A stretch of DNA of 64,000 bases from the human T2T-CHM13v2.0 reference genome, Homo sapiens, in the NCBI RefSeq assembly GCF_009914755.1, contig NC_060935.1; one strand, written 5' to 3'. Positions 14,125 through 27,538 of the stretch are shown here, piece by piece. The position numbers and the translations under genes are program-made. Position 1 is the stretch's first letter; every line of letters begins with the position of its first letter. Under the pieces are notes generated by a model that saw nothing but the letters and a program-made list of their open reading frames with translations, was not told where the DNA came from and searched no databases.

Positions 14125-14361
14125 TATAAAGCATGTAAACTTTGCAAGGTAAAAGAATGTTCTTCTTTGAGAGTGATTTATAAGTAGAGTAGCTAAAGGC
14201 ATTTATCTACAACAGGATGTGTGGTCCTTAATTTTATTGCCTTTTCATTCCTCACAGGCTGATATTTAAATGAAGCAATCCTTGCAGAACTTTGATCGTG
14301 TTGAATATGACAAGAAGTGTTAGTCTACATAGTTAGCATCATTAATGAGAATATCACTTAC

Positions 14362-14454
14362 AAGATCTCTATCGTCATTAAAAGCATTTACATAATACTG
14401 GGTCCGCTAATTTCCATTAGGATTTTTCCTAATTATAGTAAGGTGGTCCTTCAG
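14362..14454 (-). pseudogene. Relic exon E (93 nt, phase 0-0): LKDHLTIIRKNPNGN*RTQYYVNAFNDDRDL
   Basis: Acceptor atttaaattatag, donor CTT|gtaagt; one TAG. Confidence 0.7.
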
Positions 14455-14707
14455 CTATAATTTAAATATAGTGACAATGCACAGGCCAGCTTAGATCATT
14501 TTTCATTTATTTTCTAATATACTATTAATCCTTTTACCATTTAATACTTTCTACCATTAATTCTGAATCCTGCCAGCAACTCCCTATATACAGTCTGTGG
14601 TACTTAGGCCATTTGCAGATGATCACATTCCTTTCATGTGAATGATCTTATCTCTGATAGTTTCAAGAACGAAATCTCCCTTTAGTGTTTCTTTTTCATT
14701 TACTCAC

Positions 14708-14727
14708 ACTATATGGAAAATCTGATA
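14708..14727 (-). pseudogene. Relic exon D, 3' remnant (...SDFPYS) with consensus donor
   Basis: AGT|gtgagt donor lies 8 nt beyond the left L1 TSD. The rejoined exon is 77 nt, one base off phase 2-0. Confidence 0.55.
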
Positions 14728-15272
14728 CTCGGAAATGTCCAGGTACTCACATTAGGACTGATCAGAGAAACAACTTGACACATGGAGAATGAAGAAAAGC
14801 AGGACAGGGCGACAGCTCGCCCAAGAGTGACACAGGGCCAAGGGAAACCCCACCCCCAGCCAAGGGAAGCGGTAAATGAATGTGTGGCCCTGGGAAACTA
14901 CACATCTCCCTGGAATCTTTGCAATCCTTGGAACAGGAGATCCCTTTGTGAGCCCACTCCACCAGGGTTTTGGGACTGGCACACAGAGCGGTGTGGAATC
15001 TCAGTAGAGCAGCTGCTGACACACACAGAGACCCAGGAACTTTATATACTCCAACCCCAGTGTTCCCTGACAAAGGTGACTGCAACTCAGGCAAGGCCAG
15101 AGGTCTGTACCGAACCCTAGGAAGGGGGCTGAATACAGGCATCTGAGCTGTGTTGGTCTGCAGGCCCCACTTATGTGGCAGCTCACAAGACCCACTGACT
15201 TGGAATTCCAGCCAGCCACCAGTAACAGGGCAGAACCTGTCTGGGACAGGACGGAACCCTCCGGGGGAGGAG

Positions 15273-16100
15273 TGGGCCACCATCTTTGCTGTTTAGATGA
15301 CTCAGTCATTCCAACCTGCAGCCTTTAGAGAGTCCAAATGGTCCAGATGAGGAAGGGACCTCCCAGTGCAGCATAACTGTTTTACCAAAATGTGGCCAGA
15401 CTGCTTCTTTAAGCAGGACCCCGATGCATTTCTCCTCACTGGGCAGGACATCCCAGCCAGGACCTACAGCAAACCTTGCCTGTATTCTACAGACAGCACT
15501 CTGATCTCTCCCTGGGAGGGAGTGTCCAGGGAGAGGGATGGGCCTCCACCTTTGCTATTTGGATGACTTGGCCATTCCAGCCTGCAGGCTTTGGAGAGTC
15601 CAAGCAGACCAGGGCAGAAGCAGTTCCCCAGCATGGCGCGACTGCTTTGTCAAGGTGTGGCCAGACTGCTTCTTTAAGTGGGACCCCGATTCATTCCTCC
15701 TCAATAGGTGGGTCCTCCCAGCCAGGGCCTCTGGCCACCCCTGCCCATGTTCTACCCCAGAAGAGTTCTACTTCTCCCTGGAATGAAGTGCCTGGGGGGG
15801 CGGGGCGGGCTGCCACCTTTGCGGTTTGGGCATCTCAGCTGGTTCAGACTATGGGCCTTGGAAAGCCAAAGCTGATCAGGGGCTGAAGGGACACCCAACA
15901 CAGCACAGCTGCTCTAATGAAATTCAGCCAGACTGCCTCTTTAAGCAAATCTCTGATCCCATTCCTCCTGACTGGGTGAGACTTCACAACTGGGGTCCCC
16001 CGCCACCTCCTACAGGTGTGTTAAAGTCAGCAATAAGTCTGTACACCCTGGGATGGAACTTCTAGAGAAAGGGGGAGGCTATTATCTTTGCTGTTTCACA
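15273..16100 (+). repeat. ~267-bp tandem units in L1 5' UTR (3 copies plus a partial)
   Basis: Motif ccatctttgctgttt recurs near 15279, 15547, 15813, 16081; gccagactgcttctttaag near 15395, 15660, 15927. Confidence 0.8.
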
Positions 16101-16230
16101 GCCTTCACTAGTGATACCTCCAGGTATTAGAAAAACTGAGGTGTCTAGGGTCTGGAGCAGACCGCCAGAAAACTGCATCAGGCCTAAGGAAGAGTGGCCT
16201 GACTTATAAAAGAAAAACAAACAAACAAAA

Positions 16231-16253
16231 CACACACACACACACACACACAC
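16231..16253. repeat. (CA)n microsatellite
   Basis: Direct read. Confidence 0.9.
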
Positions 16254-18015
16254 CCAGCTGAAGGACAGCAACCTCAAAGATCAAAGGTAGATAAGCCCAC
16301 AAAGATGAGAAAGAATCAGATCAAAAATAATGAAAACTCAAAAACCCAGAGTGCCCCCTTTCATCCAAATGACTGCAACACTTCTCCAGCAAGGATTCAC
16401 AACTGGCTGAGGCTGAGATTGCTGAAATGACAGAGGTAGTCTTCAGAATGTGGATAAAAAACAAACTTTGCTGAGCTAAAGGAGCACATGGCAACCCAAT
16501 GCAAGGAAGCTAAGAGTCATGATAAAACAACGCAGGAGCTGACAGCCAAAATAGCCAGTATAGAGAGGAATATAACCAACCTGATAGAGCTAAAAAAACA
16601 CTAAAATAAATTCACAATGCAATCACAAGTATCACTAGCAGAATATACCAAGCAGAGGAGAGAATCTCAGAGTTTAAAGACTGCCTTTGTGAAATAAGAC
16701 AGGCAGACAAAAAAAGAGGAAAAAGAATGAAAATGAATGAATGAGACCTCTGAGAAATAAGGGATTATGAAAAGATATGAAATCTACAACTAATTGGGGG
16801 TACTGGAAAGAGAAGGGGAGAATGGAACAAATTTGGAAAACATATTTCAGCATATCATCCAGGAGAACTTCCTCAACCTAGCCAGAGAAACCAAAATTCA
16901 AATTCATAAAATGCAAAGAACCCCCAGAAAGATACTCCATGAGAATATCATCCCCAAGAAGCATAATAATCCAATTCTGCAAGGTCAAAATGTAAGAAAA
17001 AATGTTAAGAGCAGCCAGAAAGAAAATCCAGGTCACCTGCAAAGGGAAGCCCATCTGACCAACAGTGGACCTTTCAGCTGAAACCCTACAAGCCAGCAGA
17101 GATTGGAGGCCAATATTCAACATTCTTCTAGAAAAGAAATTCCAACCCAGAATTTTATGTCCAGCCAAACTAAACTTCATAAACAATACTAAACTTAAAT
17201 GTAAATGGGATAAATGCCCCAATTAAGACACAGAATGGCAAGCTGGATAGAGTCAAGACTCATCGGTATGCTGTCTTCATGAGGCCCATCTCACATGCAA
17301 AGACACACACAGGCTCAAAATAAAGGAATGAAGTAAAATTGACCAAGCAAATGGAAAACAGAAAACAGCAGGGGTTGTAACTTCAGTTTCTGAAAAAACT
17401 TTAAACCAACAAAGATCAAGAAAGACAAAGAAGGGCCTTACATAAAGGTAAAGAGTTCAACAAGAACAGCTAACTATTCTAAATATATGTACACCAAATA
17501 CAGGAATACTTATATTCATAAAGCAAGTTCTCAGACACCTTCAGAGACACTTAGACTCCCACACAATAGTGGAAGGCTTTAACACTCCACTGACGATATT
17601 AGATCATTGAGACAGAAAATTAACAAAGATATTCAGGACCCAAACTCACCTCTGGATCAAGTGGACCTGACAGATATCTACAGAACTCTCCACCCAAAAA
17701 CAACAGAATATATATTCTTCTCATCACAACACAGCACTAACTCTAAAATTGATCACATAATTGGAAGTAAAACACTCCTCAGCAAATGCAAAAGAACTGA
17801 AATCATAACAAATTCTCAGACCATAGCACAATCAAATTAGAAACCAAAATTAAGAAATGCACTCAAAACCGTACAACTACATGGAAACTGAATGACCTGC
17901 TCTTAAATGACTTTTGGGTAAATAATGAAATTCAAGCAGAAATCAAGAAGTTCTTTGAAATTAATGAGAACAAAGATGCAGTGTACCAGAATCTCTGGGA
18001 TGCATCTAAAGCAGT

Positions 18016-18755
18016 TCTATTAGGCTGTTTTCACACCACCATAAAGATACTACCCAAGACTGGGTAATTTATAAACAAAGGAGGTTTAATTGACTCACAG
18101 TTCCACCTGGATGGGGGAGTTCTCAGGAAACTTACTATTATGCTGAAAGGTGAAGCAGGCATCTTTTTCACAGGTGGCAGAAGAGAAGAGAAGTGTGTAG
18201 AAAGAACAATGAAACACTTGTTAAACCATCAGATTTTGTGAGAACTCACTCACTGATATGGTTGGGCTGTGTCCCCACCCAAATCTCATGTTGAATCGTA
18301 ACTCCCACAATTCCCCATGTTGTGAGAGGGTCCCAGTGGGAGACAATTGAATCATGGGGGGGCGGGTCTTTCCATTGCTGTTCTTGTGATAGTGAGTAAG
18401 TCTCACAACATCTGATGATTTTATAAAGGGGAGTTTCCCTGCACAAGTTCTCCTCTTGTCTGCCACCATGTGAGATGTGCCTTTCACCTTCCACCATGAT
18501 TGTGAGGCCTCCCCTGCCACATGGAACTGTGACTCCATTAATCCTGTTTTTCCCTATAAATTACCCAGTCTTGAGTATGTCTTTATTAGCAGTGTGAAAA
18601 TGGACTAACATACTCACTATCACAAGAATAGCATGGATGAAACTGCCCCCGTAATCCAATGACCTCCCACTGAGTTCCTCCCTCAACATGTGGGGATTAT
18701 AAGGATTACAATTTGAGATGAGATTTAGGAGGGAACACAGAGCCAAACCATATCA
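18016..18755 (-). mobile_element. THE1D/MSTA-type MaLR solo LTR inserted in L1 ORF2
   Basis: Ends agccaaaccatatca; perfect 5-bp TSD gcagt (18011-18015, 18756-18760). Confidence 0.9.
18254..18612 (+). mobile_element. THE1B/C-type MaLR solo LTR nested in the previous LTR
   Basis: Starts tgatatggttgggctgtgtccccacccaaatctc; perfect TSD ctcac (18249-18253, 18613-18617). Confidence 0.92.
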
Positions 18756-18900
18756 GCAGTGTTCAGAGGGAAATTTATAGCACTAAGTGCCCACATCAAA
18801 AAGCTAGAAAAATCTCAAGTTAACCTTACATCACAACTAAAAGAACTAGAGAACTAAGAGCAAACAAATCCCAAAGCTAGCAGAAGATAAGAAATAACCA

Positions 18901-19315
<415 letters not shown>

Positions 19316-21554
19316 CTAGACTAATAAAGAAGAGATAAGATTCAAATACATATAATCAGAAATGATAAGGGGGATATTAACAATGACCCCAGAGAAATGC
19401 AAATAATCATAAGATAATATTGTAAACACTTCTATGCACATAAACTAGAAAATCTAGAAGAAATGGATAAATTCCTGGACATATAAATCCTCCAAAGGCT
19501 GAAAAAAAAAGAAATTGAATTCCTGAATAGACTAATAATGAGTTCTGAAATTGAAGCAGTGATAAATAGCCTACCAACCAAAAAAAGCGCAGGAACAGAC
19601 AGATTCACCTGAATTCTACCAGAGGTACAAAGAAGAGCTGGTATCATTTCTATTGAAACTATTCCAAAAAATTTAAAAGAAGAGACTCCTCCCTAACTCA
19701 TTCTATAAGGCTAGCATCATCCTTATACCAAAACGTGGCAGAGATATAACAACAACAACAAAAAAACTTGAAGCCAATATCCTTGATTAACATCAATGCA
19801 AAAATCGTTAATAAAATACTAGCAAGCTGGATCCAGCAGCACATCAAAAAGTGTATCTATCACAATCAAGTAGGCTTCATCCCCAGGATGCAAGGTTGGT
19901 TTAACATATGCAAATCAATAAATGTCATTCGTCACATAAACAGAACTAAAGACAAAAACCACAAGATTATCTCAATAGGTGCAGAAAAGACCTTCAATAT
20001 AAGTCAAAATCCTTTCATGTTAAAAAAAAAAACCTCTCAATAAGCTAGGTATTGAAGGAACATACATCAAAATAATAAGAGTCATCTATGACAAACCAAC
20101 AGCCAATATCATAATGAATAGGCAAAAGCTGGAAGCATTTCCCTTGAAAATTGGCACAAAACAGGGTTGCTCTGTCACTACTCTTATACAATGTAGTATT
20201 GGAACTCCTGGCCAGGGCAGTCAGTCAAGAGAATGACATAAAGGGTATTCAAATGGGAAGAGAGGAAGCAAATTATCTTTTTTGCAGATGACATAATTCT
20301 AAATCTGGAAAACTCTATAGTCTCAGCCCAAAAGTTTCTTAAGCTGATAAGCAACTGGAGCAAAGCCTCAGGATACAAAATCAATTTGCAAATTTGCTAG
20401 CATTTCCATACACCAGTAACAGCCAAGCCAAGAGCCAAATCACGAATGAACTTCCATTCACAATTGCCACAAAAAGAATAAAATACTTAGGAATACAGCT
20501 AACAAGGGAAGTGAAGGACCTCTTCAAGGAGAACTACAAACCACTGCTCAAAGAAATCAGAGATGACACAAACAAATGGAAAAACATTCCATGCTCATGG
20601 GTAGAAAGAATCAATATCATGAAAATGGCCATACTGCCCAAAGTAATGTACAGATTCAATGCTATTTCCATTAAACTACCATTGACATTCTTCCAGAATT
20701 AGAAAAAAACTATTTTAAAATTTATATATTTTTTAAAAAGCCCAAATAACCAAGGCAACCCTAAGCAAAAACAACAAACCTGGAGGCATCACACTACCTG
20801 ACTTCAAACTATACTACTGGGTTACAGTAACCAAAACATCATCATACTGGTACAAAAACAGGCATATAGACCAATGGAACAGAATAGAGAACCTAGAAAT
20901 AAGACCACATACCTACAACCATCCGATCTTCAACAAACCTGACAAAAACAAGCAGGAGGAAAGGATTCCCTATTTAATAAATTGTTCTGGGAGAACTGGC
21001 TAGCCATATGCAGAAAACTGAAACTGGACCCTTCTCTTATACCACATACAAAAATCAACTCAAGATGGATTAAAGACTTAAGTGAAAACCCAAAACTATA
21101 AAAGCCCTAGAAGAAAACCCAGGCAATACTATTCAGGACATAGGCACAGACAAAGGTTTCATGATGAAGATGCCAAAAGCAATTGCAACAAAAGCAAAAA
21201 TTGACAAATGGGGTCTCATTAAACTAAAAAGCTTCTGCACAGCAAAAGAACCTATTAACAGAGTAAATAGACAATCTACAGAATGGGAGAAAATTTTTGT
21301 AATCTATGCAACTGACAAAGGTCAATATCCAGCATCTATAAGGAACTTACACTTACAAGAAAAAAAAACCGTATTAAAAAGTGGGCTAAGGACATGAACA
21401 TATACTTCTCAAAAAAAGACATACATGTGGTCAGCAAACAGTCATATGAATAAAAGCTCAATAGCACTGATCATTAGAGAAATGCAAATCAAAACCACAA
21501 TGAGATACCATCTCACACCAGTCCGAATGGTTATTATTAAAAAGTCAAAAAACA

Positions 21555-21865
<311 letters not shown>

Positions 21866-22525
21866 TTAGAGAAAAAGGAACACTTTTACACTGTTGGTGG
21901 GAGTGTAAAATAGTTCAAAGAAGAAGACAGTGTGGCAAAGACCTAATGTGGCAAAGACAGTGTGCCTCAAAGACCTAGATGCAGAAATACCCTTTGATCC
22001 AGCAATTCCATTACTGGGTATATACCCAAAGGAATATAAATTGTTCTATTATAAAGACACGTGCATGTGTATGTTTACTGCAACACTATTCACAACAGCA
22101 AAGACATGGAATCATCCTAAAGGCCCATCAATGATAGACTGGATAAAGAAAACATGTACATATACACCATAAAAAGGAACAAGATCATGTTTTTTGCAGG
22201 GACATGGAGGGAGCTGGAGGCCATTATCCCTAGCAAACTAATGCAGGAACAGAAAACCAAATACTACATGTTCTCAGTTATGAGTGGGAGCCAAATGATG
22301 AGAACACATGGGAACATTGGGGGAACAACACACACTGGGGCTGTCAGAGGGTTGGGGGTGGGAGGAGGGAGAGGATCAGGAAGAAGAGCTAGTGGATTCT
22401 GGGCTTAATACCTGTGTGATGGGATGATCTGTGCAGCAATCACCATGGCACATGTTTACGTATTTAACAAGCCTGCACATCCTGCACATATACCCCTGAA
22501 CTTAAAAGTTGAAAATTAAAAAAGA

Positions 22526-22594
22526 GAAAAGCTGGTATCAATTACTGTTATTGGTTGGAGGATGGACTCATTTACCAAACACAGTCTCTGTTGG
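22526..22594 (-). pseudogene. Relic exon D, 5' part (QQRLCLVNESILQPITVI...), cut by the L1PA13 insertion
   Basis: Acceptor tataatattttcag; runs into the right-hand L1 target-site duplication. Confidence 0.55.
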
Positions 22595-22817
22595 CTGAAA
22601 ATATTATAAACCATAAAAGTTGTATAAAAATGTCTTCTGTAGTGTTTGAAGATGATAGGATCCTATCTCTGTTCTTCTTTCTAACCCAATCTGGTTATAA
22701 GAGCTAATCTGTATTATCCTTATTACTTGTATATATTTACATTAAATAACTTGACTATAATATTAATATGGCAACTACATTCAAAATTCTAAAATCAGAA
22801 CTTTTTTCTAGAAGCAC

Positions 22818-22948
22818 CCTATAGGTGCTGATTTTATCATTTGGCAACATCTTTCATTTTCGAGCAGTTATTTTGATGTAGACAAGAATATAGCACATAG
22901 ATGTGATCCTTGTCTTTGATCAGTGATAGGTCATAGGTAAAGATTAAT
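22818..22948 (-). pseudogene. Relic exon C (131 nt, phase 0-2): INLYL*PITDQRQGSHLCAIFLSTSK*LLENERCCQMIKSAPI(G)
   Basis: Acceptor gttatttatgttatag, weak donor GG|gtgctt; phase 2 end matches exon D start. Confidence 0.6.
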
Positions 22949-23065
22949 CTATAACATAAATAACACAAAATTATATGTTTCATATTAGGGTAGAAAATTC
23001 AAACACAAAAAGTATGAAAAGCGTATTGCAAAACAATAGATATGGTAGAAAAAAATTAGATATAC

Positions 23066-23197
23066 CTTCTCATTATGGCTTATTGTTTTGATGGATGGCA
23101 GTAGCCATACGAAATCCCTGATGATTCCAGAATCTTGGGCACAAGTTAAAAATGAATTGAACAACCTCATATGGAAGTTCTTCCCAAACCACAAAAT
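23066..23197 (-). pseudogene. Relic exon B (132 nt, phase 0-0, fully open): ILWFGKNFHMRLFNSFLTCAQDSGIIRDFVWLLPSIKTISHNEK
   Basis: Acceptor ctatatttgtctag, donor AAG|gtatat; 44 open codons (part of ORF 22985..23194). Confidence 0.75.
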
Positions 23198-23277
23198 CTA
23201 GACAAATATAGACTTAACGGACAGACTTGATCTCTTGAGTTAAATAATAGTCGTTTACATGGTATAATTTAACAGCT

Positions 23278-23660
23278 AGTCATCAGTCAAACCAGGCTAG
23301 GTTTTGCTACAGTAACAAACAACCCAGGGATCTTAGAGGCTTATAACATACAAGTTTCTGGTCAGGCTGTACGTCTTTCATAGGCCAGCCACTACTCTGC
23401 TTTATGTTAAATTCACCCCGGGACTCAAGCTTATGGAGCAGCCTCTATCTGGAATATTGCTTATCAGGGTGGCAGAGAGAAGAGAGGTATGACACACCCT
23501 GGCTCTTAAAGTTTTCCCTGCAAGAAATTTGTGCCTCTTCCATTACACTTTGTGATCCAATATATGCTCACTCCTGAGTTCAACAAGACAGAAATATATA
23601 AAACTCCTTCAAGGGAGGGCACTGGAGGGAAAGAAAATGAAATATTTATCTTATGGTATG
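23278..23660 (-). mobile_element. MLT1J/K-type LTR
   Basis: ggctaggttttgctacagtaacaaacaaccc, ggagcagcctctatctggaatattgc. Confidence 0.7.
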
Positions 23661-23678
23661 ACAAGCTCCCATAATTAC

Positions 23679-23807
23679 CAAGTGGCCAGTTTATTCCAAA
23701 ATGTGCATATACATCCTTTGCTGTCCTGCCTTATTATTTCCATTTCAAAATATTATCTTTAACTGATCTCCACTAAAATTTAAATATGCTGTTTTTAGGC
23801 TCCTAAT
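23679..23807 (-). pseudogene. Relic exon A (129 nt, phase 0-0): IRSLKTAYLNFSGDQLKIIF*NGNNKAGQQRMYMHILE*TGHL
   Basis: Acceptor atttatctctttag, donor TTG|gtaatt; two in-frame stops; joins exon B in phase. Confidence 0.65.
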
Positions 23808-24383
23808 CTAAAGAGATAAATTGCAGCTTTCCAAATGCTCTGCCACAGAGCTTTCCAATCCAGTTTTACCAGTAGTAAAGCTGATATCTTAATTTGTTCC
23901 TAACTTCTGTGTGTATTTCCTGTTTCTCACATGGGTCAGAAACTGTGGGACAGAGCAGAGGGACTGAAGTCAGCCTCCAGCCCCAACACCTGCCTGAGAA
24001 TTTCCCTCATAATTCTACTGATCAGAGAATAACTTTCTCTGGAAAGGAAAGCAGAAGTCTGTAAGCAGAGGATTTAACTTGCTTTATCCCATTTAATCCC
24101 TATAAGAACCCTGTCCAGTAAGAATTATTATTGTCATTTAACAGATGATGAAACTAAGACTCAGATAACCTAAGTCGATTGATCAGAGCAAGGATTTAAA
24201 CGAATGCCTGTCAGCTAGCTGGCAGTGCCTTTCCTCTATCCTCCACTAATATGTCACTTGTGTTCAATACAGGGGCTAGCCATGAAAAGATCACACTGTT
24301 TAGTACAGGAGTTCTCATTTTCATTAATCAATGTCCATTCTCTTTAGCACTTAAAGTGTAAGCATCCTTCAAAACCAAGATAG

Positions 24384-24700
24384 GGCCAGGTGTGGTGGCT
24401 CACACCTATAATGCCAGCACTTTGGGAAGCCAAGGCAGGAGATCACTTGAATGGAGGAGTTCAAGACCAACCTAAACAACATAGTGGGACTCTGTCTCTA
24501 CAAAAAAAAATTGTTTACTTAGCTGGGCATGATGAGGCATGTATGTAGTGCCAGCTACTAGGGAGGATTGCTTGAACTCAGGAGGTCAAGGCTGCAGTGA
24601 GCCATGATCACACCTCTGCACTCCAGCCTCGGTGACAGAGTGAGACGCTGTCTCAAAAAGAAAGAAACAAAGAAAGAAAGAAAGAGAGAGAAAAAAACAA
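24384..24700 (+). mobile_element. AluJ with short internal deletion
   Basis: Dimer; right arm lacks the ggctgaggc segment (ccagctactagggaggattg); A-rich tail. Confidence 0.92.
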
Positions 24701-25649
24701 ACCCAAGGGCTGATGTCATATCCTCATAGAAACCCACCTCATTAACAATCTTCCAGGCTGACATAGGCACTGTCATTCCCACCATTGTAATGACTACCCC
24801 CCCAACACACCAAACATACTGAGTTTCTTCAGGACAAGGACAAGTTCTTATTAGGCTTTGTGTCCTCAGAGCCTAGTGTAACACCTGTCGTTGGCCTTAC
24901 CACTAATTTAACAAAGATAATAAGTAACTGAGCGAACTATGCACGTAGATTCAGGCTTGGACAAAGAAGACTCAAATCAATGTATTAAATCAGATAGAGT
25001 AAAAATACAGTTGGAGCTAGACATCACTGAAGAGGAGATAACTAAATGGGAACAATTGGCCTGGGTCTTAATTGTGACTCAATCACTACCTACTATTGTC
25101 ATGTTGGTGCTTTAGTTTTCTCAGCTATTAAATAAGAACATAGGAATAGATGATTTTAAAGCCCCATCAGCTCTGAATTTCTTATGTTCTGGGAGGTGAC
25201 TGCTGCTCTCAGCCACCAGAAGGAACCAGAAGGGTACCTGTGCATCCTTTGGCTACTTCAACTAGTGTCAAGACTAACCAGTCAAAATACCTCTTCACCA
25301 TGTTATCTCCCTAGTATAATATACCCATTAACTAGGCCATTCAAATGTCTTCCATCAGCACACCTGGTGTTACAAATTCAATCCTATCTCTCATTTCTCA
25401 TAAAAAGACAAATAGCAGGGTCATATAAATCAGCAAGTCAAAGACTTAGTTGGAACCCTAAACCAAATACAGGAACATAGCAGAAAATGGATATCAAGGG
25501 GAGGCTGGAAGAGGTATAAAAGTTAGGAAATAAGATGCCAACGAAGTGGAAAGAAAGCGATGAAAACTAGGGTGAGACATGCTGTAAGGAAATCTAAGTA
25601 TATTTCCCATCAGAGTAGGAGACAGGTCAGTCCAAAGATCTATCCAACT

Positions 25650-26060
25650 CTATAAATATTATTGGCTACTTGTTATGTGCTGGGTACTTTGCTGGATACT
25701 GAGGACTCAAGCAGACAGAAAACAAGAAAAAGTGGAAACCAAGAATTAAAATAATAAGGACGCAGACAAAGGACTATGACACCAAATGAACAATGCAATG
25801 AACTTCTGAGTAAGCCAGGGGAGTTTTCACAGAATTTGAATATGTGAGCTTAGTTTTCAAGAGTTGCCAGGATCTTCTCAGGTAGACAGCACAGGAAGTG
25901 ATACAAAGTATGAAAGACCATCATGATTTGGTGGAATGGCAAGAATTTTGAGGTCATTGGAAATTGAGATGAGGTGGACACTAGAAAGATGACGCTGGAG
26001 AGAAGTCTGGATGGTGAAAGATTTCCTTTGCCAAGTTATCAGTTAACAGTGAGAAATTAA
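25650..26060 (-). mobile_element. L2 fragment
   Basis: aaatattattggctacttgttatgtgctgggtac, gatgacgctggagag. Confidence 0.55.
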
Positions 26061-26719
26061 TAAGGAGGCAATCCTACCCAGAAACCAAAGCAAATGCACC
26101 CCCTGCTCCAAACCCCAGGCTTCAGAAAGTCCCCTCTGGTTCTTGTTCAGTTGTTCCTCTCACCACAGCACAAGAAGTCTGTGGGGCCAATTGAACATGC
26201 CCACCTGGAGCCTTCCCCCCAACCTTTCCCCCTTCCTCTTGCCTTCCTAACTCCCATAAACCCCTATCAGCCCACTGTTCTAAACTATACTCCAGGTAAT
26301 TACTCCTAACCCCAGAATTACCCAGATGCCCTCAAATCCACTTCCAGAGTTTGAGACAGTTTCTTCCTCAACTCCATTCTCCCAAGCACAGGCCTCACTG
26401 CTGGTGTGTGTCCTCTAAGGATGGGGAGAAGGCCAGGGGCTGCTGTTGGCCAGAGGTAGGGTTATAGATAAAGCCTGGATATCTGAGTGGGAGCAGAGCT
26501 GGTTGCAAAGAGAAGCAGAAACAGGGTAAGGGAGAACCATAGGTTACAGGTAGCAGCTTCTATTTGTACCTTTACCTATGCAAATGTCAGGGGTGAGTTT
26601 GTAGGGAGTTCTCAACTTTTAACCATTTCACACAATTTTCTTAACTGTAAGAAATACCAGATTCTTGTATATGTTATCATAGATATTCATACTAAAATTA
26701 AAGTCTTATTATTTCTTAC

Positions 26720-27538
26720 TAGCTCTCATGCTGAATTGTATTAATTGCCTCTCCTGCACCTTCAAGAAAGCGGTCTTCAATCTTTAAAATTTTGTAAGAA
26801 CCCTAGACCTCCAATACAGTAGGAAGTCTACTCACCCATGGGCTTTCAGAAGATGCCTTATCATAACGGCATGAGTGAATGAATTTGAATGAAATGAACA
26901 TTTTCCGACCTGCTTGAGAGATTTATTTTGGCATTGTTTTAGGACTCAAATCCTTGGCTTTGGCACTGCTACAGTGAATTGATACCTTGCTGTAGCTGCC
27001 TCTGAATTCTGCTTTAACTTTGAATACGAAGCTTTGGAGTGCTACGCGGGCTCTTATGTCCTTTTCATTTATACCCAGCATTCAATACCAATGCCACAAT
27101 CTTTTTTCAGTTTTATTATTTCCCTATCATTGCTATTGATGCTTCACCTCCCTAGGTACCTCAGTTCCCTAGGAGTCCTGACATAGCAAACAACCAATAA
27201 TAGGAATAACTATGTTTTTGCAAAATGCAGTATCTTTGGCAAATTCTCCATGATGAACTACACTCCTTTCACTTAGTTTCCCAACAGCAAAGAAAGGTCT
27301 TAATTTTCTCCTTAATTTTTAGAGGGCTAAGCTGCACATTTAGAAGAGAAGAGAGCATCTCTTAACCAGGCAGGAACTGTATAACTTACAGTAACTTTGG
27401 AGAAAAAAAGTAGCTGGAAACTCACAGGAAAGACACAGATGAGCTCTGTGAGAGCTTGATTTGCTTTAACATCCTCTTGTGTAGCTGTCTCAACTGGCTT
27501 CAAAAAGACAGTTGTTGGAAATGTAGTTTATGATTCAA
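26720..27538 (-). pseudogene. Cluster of candidate relic exons: 27426-27538, 26986-27177 (...GINEKDIRARVALQSFVFKVKAEFRGSYSK), 26836-26909, 26720-26781
   Basis: Donors gtgagt (27425, 26835), gtatca, gtaaga with upstream AG acceptors. Reading frame is ambiguous in places; the last intron is only 54 nt. Confidence 0.5.

Noticed and set aside
14230-14330. Plus-strand acceptor ccttttcattcctcacag and other isolated plus-strand splice-like sites
   Set aside because: I could not build a phase-consistent plus-strand exon chain.
14752-16277. Cluster of overlapping ORFs up to 173 aa and a ~267-bp tandem array
   Set aside because: GC-rich repeated 5' UTR of the old L1. Not a gene, and not CRISPR-like (no short repeat/unique spacer structure).
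27151-27173. Short palindromes (cctagg..cctagg; also agcaccctataggtgct at 22813-22829)
   Set aside because: Too short to exceed chance in 64 kb.
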